Shown: in pieces, positions 9,507 through 20,420 of the stretch
Layout: every line of letters starts with the position of its first letter
How positions within the stretch are numbered: the first letter of the stretch is position 1
Assembly: GCA_016710985.1 (NCBI GenBank)
Contig: JADJTX010000015.1
Coordinates: forward strand, 63,859-127,858
Length of the DNA stretch: 64,000 nucleotides
Source: Ignavibacteria bacterium
GTDB lineage: Bacteria; Bacteroidota; Ignavibacteria; Tepidaquicellales; Tepidaquicellaceae
Direction of reading: 5' to 3'
Translations under genes and position numbers: made by a program
Notes under the pieces: model-generated
Told to the model about the DNA's origin: nothing
Database searches by the model: none
What the model saw: only the letters and a program-made list of their open reading frames with translations

Positions 9507-10861
9507 ATGGTAAAAACTTTTTTAATCTTTTTAACTGCAGGATTAGCTGCATTTATAATTTCATGTAAAGATCAGATTAACTCCCCTGTTCAGAATCAGC
9601 CGCCGGAAAGTTATCTCTCTATATTTCCGGACAGCATCATAGCTCCCGGCTCGACTCTGAAAACAATCAACTGGTGGGGTGATGATCCCGACGGTTTAGT
9701 GGCGGGTTTCAGAATATCGTTTGACTCGGTAAACTGGGGCTTTACTTCAAAGAATGACAGCACTTTTATTTTAGCGATAAACGGGACGGACAGTACATTC
9801 AGATTCTGGGTAGCGGCTGTTGATAATGACGGCTTAATTGATCCGACTCCGGCTACTAATTTATATCCTGTAATTAATACACCTCCTGTAGTATCATTCG
9901 ATGCAGGTACAGAACTTCCGGATTCGACTTTACCGGTAGCCTCATTCAAATGGTCAGGTTCTGATCCTGACGGTGTTGAAACAATACGATACTATCAGTA
10001 CTCACTGAACGATACAGTTAACTTCAGGAGAGTTCCGGGAACGACTACTTTACTGACCTTAACGCAGGACAGCGGACTGGTTTTAAATTCAGATAATGTA
10101 TTATACCTCAGGGCTGAAGACAATGCAGGAGCTTTGAGTCCCATTGTCAGAATGCCTGACACAAGCAGAATTTGGCATGTCAGGGCAGTTACTTCAAATA
10201 TACTGATGCTCAGAGATATTCCTACTGCAGATATTTCAACAGCTAGCTCATACTTTGCAAATGCATTTGATACTATCAGCTATGACATGCTAGACATAAA
10301 ATCAAACAGCGGAGCATTGATCCCGAAAATCATTAACCCGATGTTTGTGAATACACTGAAGCTATATGACATTGTATTCTGGATCGGCGGCAATGCGTCT
10401 GTGGCAAATGCAGCTAACTTTGATCTTGCTCAGCAATCATTGCCTTTTTATATACAAGGCGGAGGGAAAGTTTTCTTCAGCTCCGGATTTCAGGGCTCGG
10501 GATTTACACAACAGGGAAGTCTCATCAATTTCGCGCCGGTGGACAGTGTGACCGCATGTTCAATTCCTTTTTACAGTGCGGGTGATGCGAACCTGACGAT
10601 CAACAGCAGCGGGTATCCTCTCATTGGCTCGAGCGCTTTTATTGTTTCTGTCAAAGGACTGTATACTTCAACAGCGCCTGTGATATACAAATTTTTTAAC
10701 CATCCGGATGCTTTGATACCATTAACATTGCAATCAAAGATGTCAATGTGAATCCAAAAGTTGTATATTTTGCATTGCCGGTTTATCTTTTGAACAGGGA
10801 TCCGGTTGCTTCGAAAGACTTGTTCAGAAAGGTGTTTATTGATGAGTTTGGATATAATTGA
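9507..10861 (+). CDS. Lipoprotein with repeated W-x-G-(D/S)-DPDG motifs; one frameshift near 10,715
   Basis: Lipobox LAAFIISC. INWWGDDPDGLVAGF and FKWSGSDPDGVETI repeats. After about 10,715 a second frame continues ...DTINIAIKDVNVNPKVVYFALPVYLLNRDPVASKDLFRKVFIDEFGYN*, with TGA at 10859-10861. Confidence 0.5.
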
Positions 10862-10902
10862 TAATTGATAATTGATAATTGATAATTGATAATTGATAGT
10901 AG
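10854..10902. repeat. Perfect 7-bp tandem repeat (ATAATTG)x6 plus one degenerate unit
   Basis: Counted directly: six exact units at 10854-10895, then ATAGTAG. The array overlaps the stop codon of the upstream gene. A 7-bp-stem hairpin cgttggc-ttta-gccaacg follows at 10904-10921. Confidence 0.9.
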
Positions 10903-10976
10903 ACGTTGGCTTTAGCCAACGAAACTATAAAACGGAACATAATAAAGAGATTATACAGAAAGTTAAATAATTTTAT

Positions 10977-13786
10977 ATGAAAAAATATTTATTGATCTTA
11001 TTTTTGATTTTCATTTCATCACAGTTATTCGCACAGGAAAAGGTCGGGTCCATATCCGGAATTGTTTCTGACTCGGCAGGGATTCCATTAGACGGAGTAA
11101 CTTTAAAATTGGTCGGAACATATCTTGGAGCGGTTTCTGATTATGAAGGAAAATATAAGATAGAAAATGTTCCTCCGGGGAATTATACTCTGCGGGTCGA
11201 AGTGGAAGGTTTCAAGACAGTTGAATACACTGACATGAACCTTAAGGAAGAAGAGAACAGAGAGTTTAACATTGTCTTAAAATCAACTTCGTTTACTGTT
11301 GATCAGGAAATAGAGGTTGTCGGTGACAGGCCGCTTATGGATATTGAGCAGACAAGCAGCAGCCATATCATATCAAGTGATGACATTGATAAGTCAATTG
11401 TATCTAATGTAACAGATGTCATTACACAGCAGGCAGGGGTCGTGAAGGATGATAATGAAATACACATCCGGGGAGGAAGAAATTATGAGAATTCATTTTT
11501 AGTTGACGGAGTGTCTGTACAGGATCCACTTTCCGGAACGGGTTACGGTCTTCAGCTGTCTGCAAACTCGCTTGAAGAAGTAGAGGTCATAACAGGAGGA
11601 TATAACGCTGAATATGGACAGGCAACGAGCGGAGTCGTAAACGTCCGGACAAAGGAAGGGAAATATGATAATGTTAATTTTTACTCTCTTATAAGCGGGA
11701 TAATTTCGGAGTAAATAAAAATTCAGGAACAAGTTTTAACACAGATGTTCTTGAAATGAATGCCAGCGGTCCCGAACCAATTACAAAATTCTTATTAAAC
11801 GCGCTCAACATCAAAACGCCCGGAGAGATAACTTTATTCGGAAGTTTCTTCATGGGATTGTCGGATGGTTTTTTTGTTAATGACGGCGGGAAAAAAGCAA
11901 ATCAGGTTTATTCGTCTACATTCGGAGGAACCAGTTTTTCCCCGAGGCAGGATAACAGCTGGTACTGGCTGGGTAAGGCAACATGGAGATTAGACCAGAC
12001 AATGAAGATAAATTATTCTTATAACCAGTCTGTCTCAATAAATCAGAATTCATCGACTCTTCAGACAAATCTCGAATATCAGGAGCCATCACCGGGATAC
12101 CAGTATGACTTCGAACAGATACTCGACAGCGCGCTTACATACACACAGAACAGTTATTTCAATACCATCAACTGGTCTCAGACAACCAGCCCGCAAACTT
12201 TCTATGAAGTAAAGCTGAATAAGTTTTATACACAGCTTCGTGTCGACGCTAACGGAAAGAACTGGGATCAGTATAATGAGCCTTTAGATGTTACACGTCC
12301 GCCGTTTCAGTATTATTACATAGACAGCTTAAGAACCGGTCTGATTCCCGGTGACGGATTTTATGACGTTGGAAATCCTTTCACATGGCATGACCATTTT
12401 GTAGATGAGCTTTCCGGCAGGTTTGATTATATGCATAGCTACAGCGTTAACAGCAAGATCAAGCTCGGCGCAGAGGCGAGCTTTCAACAGATGCAGCTCA
12501 TTGATATCTATCAGCCGTGGATCAAGCCGCTGGGTTTGAACAATGACATATATGCTGTTTATCCTGCGTTCGGTAATTTTTACGGACAGCAGACTCTTAC
12601 ATTTAAAGGAATGATCCTGAATTACGGAGTCAGACTTGACTACTGGCTTCCGGGTAAATATGTGGATGATGCAGTTGCAAATCCTGACGTTGAGACAATT
12701 CCCGAAGAGACACGAGCCGCATATTATGATGATACATATAATCTTTTCGGACGACGCATGAAATTAAATTTATCACCGAGACTTGGTATTTCGCATCCGG
12801 TCACAAACAATCAGACATTATTCTTTTCATACGGACATTTTTCAAAGAGACCTAAGCCGCAGTTTGTTTATGCAAAACTCACACCTCAGGCAGCGCAGTC
12901 AACTTTCCAGAAATTCGGTAATCCAAATCTCAATCCGGAGACAACCGTTGCATACGAGCTCGGTGTAAGAAATCAGTTTACAAATGATGATGTACTGACA
13001 GTTACGGCTTATTATAAAAACATCTATGATTATGTTCAGACAAAGAGTATTTTGATTAACAGCGGAAGACTTTTAGGCCAGTCCTTCATAACCTATTTCA
13101 ATCAGGATTATGCACGGCTAAGAGGAGTTGAAATTGAATACAAGAAAAGGATCGGCGGATGGTTCAACGGTAAATTCAATTTTACCTATGCAATAGCAAC
13201 AGGAAAGAGCTCAACTTCTGATAACGGTTATTTAGTTGCAACCACCGGCGGAGGTGAAAATTTAAATGAGATATTTCTATCATGGGATAAACCGTTCCAG
13301 GCAAGCGCTAATTTATATTTCAATGCTGAGAAAGGAAAAGGATTATTCGGGTTAGGTAAAAATGTATTAGATGACATTTCATTAAAGACAAGAATCTTCT
13401 TCCAGTCGGGAAAGAGATACACACCGCAGACGCTCATTGGTTATCTTCCGAACGGACGTCCGGAATACGCGCCGGATCTTAATAATATAAACGGCGAGGT
13501 CGGAGAGAACTGGTTCTGGGTGAATCTCGATCTGGATAAATACATTTATGTTAATGAGCTTCAGTTTGTACTTAGTCTTTCCATCACAAATTTATTCAAC
13601 ACATTAAATTCAACAATTTTAAATCCGGTAACAGGAGAAGCTTATGAATACGGTCAGCCGACGCCGGCATATGTGAATGATCCACTGTATCCGGATCTGC
13701 AGGCACCTATTACACCTTATCCATATAACCCGTCGAGGTATCTTACACCGACGAATATTATGTTTGGAATTTCTTTGAAACTGTAG
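10977..13786 (+). CDS. TonB-dependent receptor with N-terminal CarboxypepD_reg domain; one frameshift near 11,688
   Basis: Signal peptide. GIVSDSAGIPLDGVTLKLVG...YKIENVPPGNYTLRVEVEGFK is the carboxypeptidase-regulatory fold. Plug motifs are IHIRGGR...FLVDGVSVQDP and YNAEYGQATSGVVNV. The C-terminal barrel ends ...NIMFGISLKL. Frame 2 reads ...SYKRDNFGVNKNSGTSFNTDVLEMNASGPEP and joins the two ORFs. Confidence 0.8.
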
Positions 13787-13787
13787 A

Positions 13788-14827
13788 ATGATAAAAATTA
13801 ATTTTAAAAATATATTGATTACTCAGATTAAATATAAGTTTACATTAGCCTTATTAGTAATGCTGTGTTTACTTATTTCAAATATTTCCTTCGCCCAGCT
13901 CTTTCCGAATCTCGGAGGGCAGCGGACAGGAACCACTTCGCTTCAGTTCCTGAAGATAGGAACAGGCGCGAGAGCTACCGGTATGGGGGAATCTTTTGTA
14001 GCAGTGTCGGATGACATTACTTCATTGCAGTATAATCCCGCCGGTCTTGTAGCGTTTAAGGAGAACGGGATAACGGCTTCCTACACGCAATGGTTTGTTG
14101 ATACAAAGTTAGCTGACTTTGGCGCTGTCTATCACTTCGGCGGAAGCAACGCCATCGGGTTAAATGTGATCTCGCTTAATACTGAAGACATGGATGTTAC
14201 AACCGAATATCAGCCCGGCGGAACAGGCGAAACATTCAGATTCTCTGACCTGTCAATCGGCTTATCCTTTGCAAGACAGATGACTGAGCAGTTTTCTTTC
14301 GGAGCAACTATTAAATATGTCAGGGAAGATCTGGGAGGCTTGTACATGCAGGGAGTTCTTGGTGACCTTGCTACATTCTACCGAACCGGACTCGGCACAT
14401 CAAGATTTGCCATAATGATCTCAAACTTCGGAAGTCAGGTAACTCCAAGCGGAAGCGTAACTACAGTCAACGGTCAGACACTGAGCACATTTCAGAAATA
14501 TCCGCCGCCGACAAATTTTCAGCTGGGTTTCGCCATTGAGCCGTATCAAAACAGGGATAACAGAATCACTACTTCAATACAGTTAAACAGTCCGACGGAT
14601 AATGCCGAGAATCTTAGTTTCGGTGTTGAGTATGCTTACAGAAGTTATTTATTTTTCCGCGGAGGATACAAGATCAACGTTGATGATGAAAATTTTTCCG
14701 GAGGAATAGGAGGAGAGTACCTGTTTCTTTCGCACATTTAAATTTTGATTACTCTATTTCAAATTATACAACACTTGGCCTTGCGCAAAGATTTTCTTTA
14801 AATTTACTTTTACCTAATAAGAAATGA
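13788..14827 (+). CDS. PorV/PorQ-family (UPF0164-like) outer-membrane beta-barrel; one frameshift near 14,710
   Basis: LKIGTGARATGMGESFVAVSDDITSLQYNPAGL is the family's N-terminal signature. An alternate frame completes the barrel: ...VSFAHLNFDYSISNYTTLGLAQRFSLNLLLPNKK*. It starts 2 nt after the TBDR stop. Confidence 0.6.
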
Positions 14828-15909
14828 CCTTTATGAAATACACAATTATACTTTTTTCATTTATCGTACTGACAATTTCATCCTGCAGCGATAAAACAAG
14901 TTTATCCGACTTCCCTCTTACAAACACAGGAGGTCCTCCCGTGATATCCGAGCCGACTTATGTTCAGCAATATCCGACCTGGAATCAGTTCAATCAGCCG
15001 CAGGCAATACTGCTCGGCAGAGAGCCGCTTGTCTATATCGCTGATACAAAAAACAACCAGCTTGTACAGCTTGATCTGTCAGGGATACAGCAGGGAGTAA
15101 TCCGATAAGCAATCCAAGAGCTGTTGCGCAGGATTACAATTACAGTTTGTTGGTGATAGCGGACACCATCTCACCGCTGTTTCTCGATACGATCAGCGTG
15201 TTGTACCGGATCAACTTAGTTCCTGTCGGCGGGCTGCTTTCAAATGCAACGAAGATACCGCTGATGACAAGTGATTATCCAACTCCCCTTTCCAGCAGGA
15301 GCAGGAGATTCACTGGAGTCGCAGTCTTTGCAGATAACAGTTACATAGTTTCCAGAGTCGGTCCTGACAATACTAATACATTAGACCCTGATAATGCACT
15401 GCTGAAAGTCTATGGAATTGATTCCGTTACCTCAGTCACAGCGCTAAGCGGATTCCAGGCGACAGGCAATGGCGTATATTCGATAGATATGAATTCCGCT
15501 GTTACAACATTCAACGGCAATCTTACGGATTTTATCATTACAAGAAATTCTCCTGATTTTGGATTTAAGGTTTTATGGTTTGTATATGATAACGTAAAAG
15601 GAACGTATGACCCTAAATTTCTTCCCGAGGACAATGTAGATATATTGAACGTACAGATCGGTACTCCGCAGGGCATAACGGTAGATAACAGCAGCAATAT
15701 TTTTGTTGTAGATAATTTAAAAGATTCGTTATATAAATATACAAGCGCAGGTAAATTAAAGGGTTCCGAATCATTCGGCGGAGCAGGCTCTAATGTAAAT
15801 CAGCTTAATGGTCCGATGGGGAGTTTCATTTTTTAACAAAGTGCTTTATATCAGCGATACTGAGAATAACCGGGTTGTGAGATTCAAATTATCAACAGAC
15901 ATTTATTAA
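14824..15909 (+). CDS. NHL-repeat lipoprotein; two frameshifts (about 15,096 and 15,830)
   Basis: Lipobox LTISSC. NHL-like repeats LVYIADTKNNQLVQLD, NIFVVDNLKDSLYKY and, in the shifted frame, NKVLYISDTENNRVVRFKL. ATGA overlap with the PorV-like gene. Confidence 0.6.
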
Positions 15910-15910
15910 T

Positions 15911-17709
15911 TTGGCAAAGAAGCAAAAAAAGACAGTACAGAAACCTGTTCCTTCAAAGACTCTCTTTCAGGATAATCCGCTTTACAATTACGGGTTAGTC
16001 ATACTGTTTATAATTTTCCTAATTCTGATTACCAGTTTTAAGATCACCGGTGACGATGATGTCTTCTGGCATCTTGCTACCGGACGATACATAGTTGAAA
16101 CTCATCACGTACCATCCACAGATATTTTCGGATATGTGACGCAGGGACAGCAGTGGATGCCTTTTGAATGGGGATGGGATGTAGTTACTTACGGGATCTA
16201 TAACATCGGAGGTTATACAGCCTTATCAATTTTCAGAACTCTGATTTTCCTTCTGATCTTTTTTTTATTTTATGTGATCTTAAGGAAGTTCAAAGTAAGT
16301 TATACACTGATTTTCTTTTTTCTCACACTGCTTACATTCGGAATAATGGACCGGCTTTCACCTCGTCCGCATATTATATCATTTCTGTTTTTTGTATTAC
16401 TTCTGTACATAATCATGGAGTATAAATATTTCAACCGGAAGAATCATAAAATACTTTTTTACATTCCGCTGATAATGCTCGTATGGGCAAACATGCACAT
16501 GGGAATAATTGCGGGAATGTTTTTGCTCGGTATATTTGTATTATCGGAAATAATAATTTTTCTTAAGCCGAACAGCTTTTCCACAAAGGAAATACCGGCG
16601 CTTACAAAGCCTGAACTTTACAGATTAGGTTTAATTTTTATCGCATCAATAATTGTAATGCTCATCAATCCGAATTCTTATGAAACTTATATATATGCTT
16701 ACGACCATACGAAGATGAAATTACTGGAGACCATCAATGAATGGAGGTCGCCGTTTGATGCAGTATACGGAGAAGGTTTTGTAACGACGATATATAAAGT
16801 ATTTTTATTCGGTGGAGTACTGATCTTATATTATGCATTAAAAAGAAAGATCTATTTGCAGCACTTGTATTCATAGGGTTTGCAATATATTCAGTAAGAG
16901 CGGTAAGGTTTACTGTAGATTATCTTGTTATCATAACAATTTTCTTAGCCGTCGCTGTCAGCTTTATTATCAATGATTCAAAAAGTGAAGCTGTAAAGAC
17001 TTTCTTCAGTACTAGTCCAATTCCAAAGGTTGTTATAGAAGCATGCTTATTATTTTTTATCATTAATCTGCCGAATGACAAAATATATTCCGAATATTTA
17101 AAGTATTACAGAGTTTCAGGATTCGGCATCAATTCGGATTTCATTCCAACTCAGATGTTTGATTTCATGAAGGCAAACAATATTCCCTCGACGGGCGAAA
17201 AGCCTTTGAACCATTTCGGCAGCGGTGGTTTTCTTGTGTGGAATTTTCCTGAAAGCAAAAATTTCATTGACAGCAGAAATCTTAACGATGAAATCTTCAG
17301 CGAGTATAACACGCTGATAGCAAAGAAGCCCGGCTTTGAAGGTAAATTAAAGAGCTATGACTTTGACTATTCGTTGTATCTCGCGCCTGATCTTGTGAGA
17401 GTCCCTCAGGAAATGGAACAGACAATAATTTCTTACTTCAGTAAACATCCTGACGAATGGAAGTTAGTTTTTTGGGATGATAAGTCATTTCTATTTGTAA
17501 AAAACTTACCTAAATTTAAAGAGATAATTGATAAGTACGAATATAAATATGCTACACCCTATAATCTTTTATACAAAAAGAATGTTCTGGAGAAAGCATC
17601 AAAGGAAGACCCGGAACAGTTAAAAAAAGAAATAAACAGAAAGCTCTCGGAAGAACCAAACGGTTTAATTATAACCTCAATCAACAATACATATTCAAGT
17701 AAATTATAA
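15911..17709 (+). CDS. Polytopic membrane protein with a large C-terminal soluble domain (possible GT-C-type glycosyltransferase); one frameshift near 16,848
   Basis: TTG start 2 nt after the NHL stop. More than 8 hydrophobic helices. DDDVFWHLATGRYI...QWMPFEWGWDV motif. The second frame reads ...DLFAALVFIGFAIYSVRAVRFTVDYLVII... continuously into ORF 17155-17709. Confidence 0.45.
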
Positions 17710-17734
17710 AATTAAATTAACCCATATTAACACT

Positions 17735-20080
17735 ATGAAAAAAATAATATTCGTTTTTAGTTTGGTCTTTTTATGCTCATTTGCACAGGCTCAGATTGTA
17801 CCTATTGCCTCGATTACAATAAATAACTCGCAGGGTTTACCAATTGATACCGGAGCATTTAAGACTGTTTCGGGAATTGTAACTGTTGGTAATGAATTCG
17901 CAGGTCCGACATATCTTCAGGATGTGACAGGAGGGATTGCAGTATTCTATAATGAGTTTTCCGCGGCTGTCTCTATAGGTGACAGTGTAATTGTAACTGC
18001 AAAGTTAAGTCAGTTCAACGGATTAACTGAACTTGTTTATTCTACCAACGGAGGAACACCTTCATTTACAATAGTAAGTGCCGGGAATCCTGTTCCGGCT
18101 CCGGTAGTCATTACGCTTCAGCAGCTTAATTCTCAAACATGGAACGGTCATGAAGAATATGAAGGAAGTTTAATAAGAATAAACGGATTGACAACGACAT
18201 CAACCGGTACATTTCAGGCAAATACAAATTACAATGTAACTGACGCATCAGGAACCGGTCAGTTAAGAATTGATAACAGCACTAATCTTGTTGGTACATT
18301 GATTCCAACAGGGTCATTTGACTGCATTGCAGCAGCTTCACAGTTTAAATCTACAGTTCCATATAACAGCGGATATCAGTTTCTTCCGAGATTTACAGCA
18401 GACATTATTCAGACAGTCGGACCGATAATATTATTACCACCGGCAGAATCTAATTTAAGCCCGACGGGAGCAACACTAAGCTGGACAACACAAAGTCCGG
18501 GTGACAGCAAATTAAAATTTTTCAGATCAGATTCACTGTCGCAGCCGGTGATTTTTACCGATTCGCTTTATGACGCAGCGCTTACAACGAACCATAGTTT
18601 TACATTAAGCGGATTACAGCCTGGAAAAATATATTATGCAATAGCTTATTCGGCTAACGCAACAGGCACAAGCGTAAGCACTCCGAAATATTTTTCTACA
18701 TCTTCAGATCCGTCATCAACCGGAAAGATGGAAATTTATTTCAACAAATCAGTAGACATTAATTATTCAATGCCGGGTAACAACGCAAACGGTGATGCAG
18801 ACTTGAAAGTGAGGTTAGGACAGAGGATTGACTCAGCCACTAAATCTATTGATATAGCAATCTATTCATTTAATGAAATAAACCAGTTAAGGGATAAGCT
18901 CATAAATGCTTTGATAAGAGGTGTAAATATCAGGATGGTTTATGACAGCCGGCCAACTCAGCAGTTAGTTCAGGAACTTATAGACGCCGGAGTAAGAGTT
19001 CAGAAAAGACCAACGGATACATACATCATGCACAATAAATTTTTCATATTTGATGCACGTGATAACAGCTCATATTCAGATGACTGGCTCTGGACCGGAT
19101 CAGCAAATATAACTGACGAACAGTTTTATTCAGATGTAGAAAATGTGCTATTTATTCAGGATCAGGCATTATGCAATACATACACACGTGAGTTTGAAGA
19201 AATGTGGGGTTCACATAATAATATAAACAATCCATCTTTTGCTAAATTCGGAGCTGCAAAAAGTGACAACACTCCTCATCTTTTTTACATAGGCGGAAGA
19301 AAAGTAAATTGTTATTTCTCACCAACTGATAATGTATCTTCACAAATTGAAGATATGATAACGGGTCAGACAAATAAATCAATTCTGTTTTGCGCATTTG
19401 CATTTACAAGATTCAACATTGCAAATAAAATGAAAACACAATTTCAGCCTCCGAATAAAATGGTACGTGGAGTCTTTGACAACGGCAATGCAACCGATCC
19501 GAGCAGTGTATATCCGGAGATGAAAGGCATAGGAGGAAGTTTTCCGTGGAATCCTCCCGCACCGGTATATCTCGAAACACAGACAGGTTTGATGCACAGT
19601 AAATATATTCTTATTGACGCAGACATGCCTCAAAGCAATCCGATTGTTCAGACTGGATCATTTAATTACTCAACAGCAGCGACAGTAGGCAATGATGAAA
19701 ACATCTTAATGATCTACGATTCCCTGATCGCCAATCAATATTACCAGGAATTTGTAAAAAGATATACCGAAGCGGGAGGAACTATAAAGGTGGAGCAGAT
19801 CTCATCGATAGTCCCGGATAATTATACATTGAGCCAGAATTATCCTAATCCTTTCAATCCTAATACTGTAATTAATTATTCTTTGCCAAAAGCAGGAAAC
19901 GTAACATTAAAAGTATTTGATGCATTGGGCAGAGAGGTGTTTGATCTTGTAAATGCTTATCAGACATCAGGAACATATAAAGTAACTTTTGACGGAAGAA
20001 ATTTAAGCTCCGGAATATATTTCTATAGTTTAACCAGCGGCGGATTTGCTGAAACAAAGAGAATGATCCTTGTCAAATAA
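17735..20080 (+). CDS. Secreted phospholipase D / HKD-superfamily nuclease-like protein with T9SS C-terminal domain
   Basis: Two HKD motifs (YIMHNKFFIFD...GSANIT and LMHSKYILID...GSFNYS). FN3-like segment (PTGATLSWTT...LQPGKIYY). Por secretion tail NYPNPFNPNTVINY...SSGIYFYSL...KRMILVK. Confidence 0.8.
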   Translation: MKKIIFVFSLVFLCSFAQAQIVPIASITINNSQGLPIDTGAFKTVSGIVTVGNEFAGPTYLQDVTGGIAVFYNEFSAAVSIGDSVIVTAKLSQFNGLTELVYSTNGGTPSFTIVSAGNPVPAPVVITLQQLNSQTWNGHEEYEGSLIRINGLTTTSTGTFQANTNYNVTDASGTGQLRIDNSTNLVGTLIPTGSFDCIAAASQFKSTVPYNSGYQFLPRFTADIIQTVGPIILLPPAESNLSPTGATLSWTTQSPGDSKLKFFRSDSLSQPVIFTDSLYDAALTTNHSFTLSGLQPGKIYYAIAYSANATGTSVSTPKYFSTSSDPSSTGKMEIYFNKSVDINYSMPGNNANGDADLKVRLGQRIDSATKSIDIAIYSFNEINQLRDKLINALIRGVNIRMVYDSRPTQQLVQELIDAGVRVQKRPTDTYIMHNKFFIFDARDNSSYSDDWLWTGSANITDEQFYSDVENVLFIQDQALCNTYTREFEEMWGSHNNINNPSFAKFGAAKSDNTPHLFYIGGRKVNCYFSPTDNVSSQIEDMITGQTNKSILFCAFAFTRFNIANKMKTQFQPPNKMVRGVFDNGNATDPSSVYPEMKGIGGSFPWNPPAPVYLETQTGLMHSKYILIDADMPQSNPIVQTGSFNYSTAATVGNDENILMIYDSLIANQYYQEFVKRYTEAGGTIKVEQISSIVPDNYTLSQNYPNPFNPNTVINYSLPKAGNVTLKVFDALGREVFDLVNAYQTSGTYKVTFDGRNLSSGIYFYSLTSGGFAETKRMILVK

Positions 20081-20104
20081 CTGTCGGTTAATATAAGTTT
20101 TCTT

Positions 20105-20137
20105 AAAGGCGCAGATTTTTAGCTGCGCCTTTTTTAT
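20105..20137 (+). terminator. Strong rho-independent terminator
   Basis: aaaggcgcag-atttttag-ctgcgccttt stem followed by TTTTTATTT. Confidence 0.8.
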
Positions 20138-20420
20138 TTAACTTCTTATTTGGGGATCAAATTTTCCCTGAAAAATTGTATGCAGCATTATTAATATTGG
20201 TAGTGAATTGAAAACAACTTTTTCATATCTTTTACGAATCATATAACGCACAGGGTCATTTACATACTGATACATTAAATAAATTATCATTTGTAGATTT
20301 TGCAGAGAAAATTAATTATTTTAAAACAAAATTCCATTAATTTAAACATAAAGATATAGAAACCTAAATATACCAGACTGTGTTACATTTACTAATCCAA
20401 CAATAAAAATAAAAAGCGGT

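Noticed and set aside
6879-10902. Short tandem repeat arrays as a possible CRISPR or mini-CRISPR.
   Set aside because: The units are 7-9 nt with no unique spacers, the arrays are under 60 nt, and no cas genes are present.
20138-20420. The 280-bp AT-rich gap upstream of the HExxH/propeller/Omp85 gene as a possible sRNA or promoter element.
   Set aside because: I could not find a convincing hairpin, a conserved-looking box (neither TTGACA/TATAAT nor TAnnTTTG at suitable spacing) or an ORF. No call can be supported from sequence alone.
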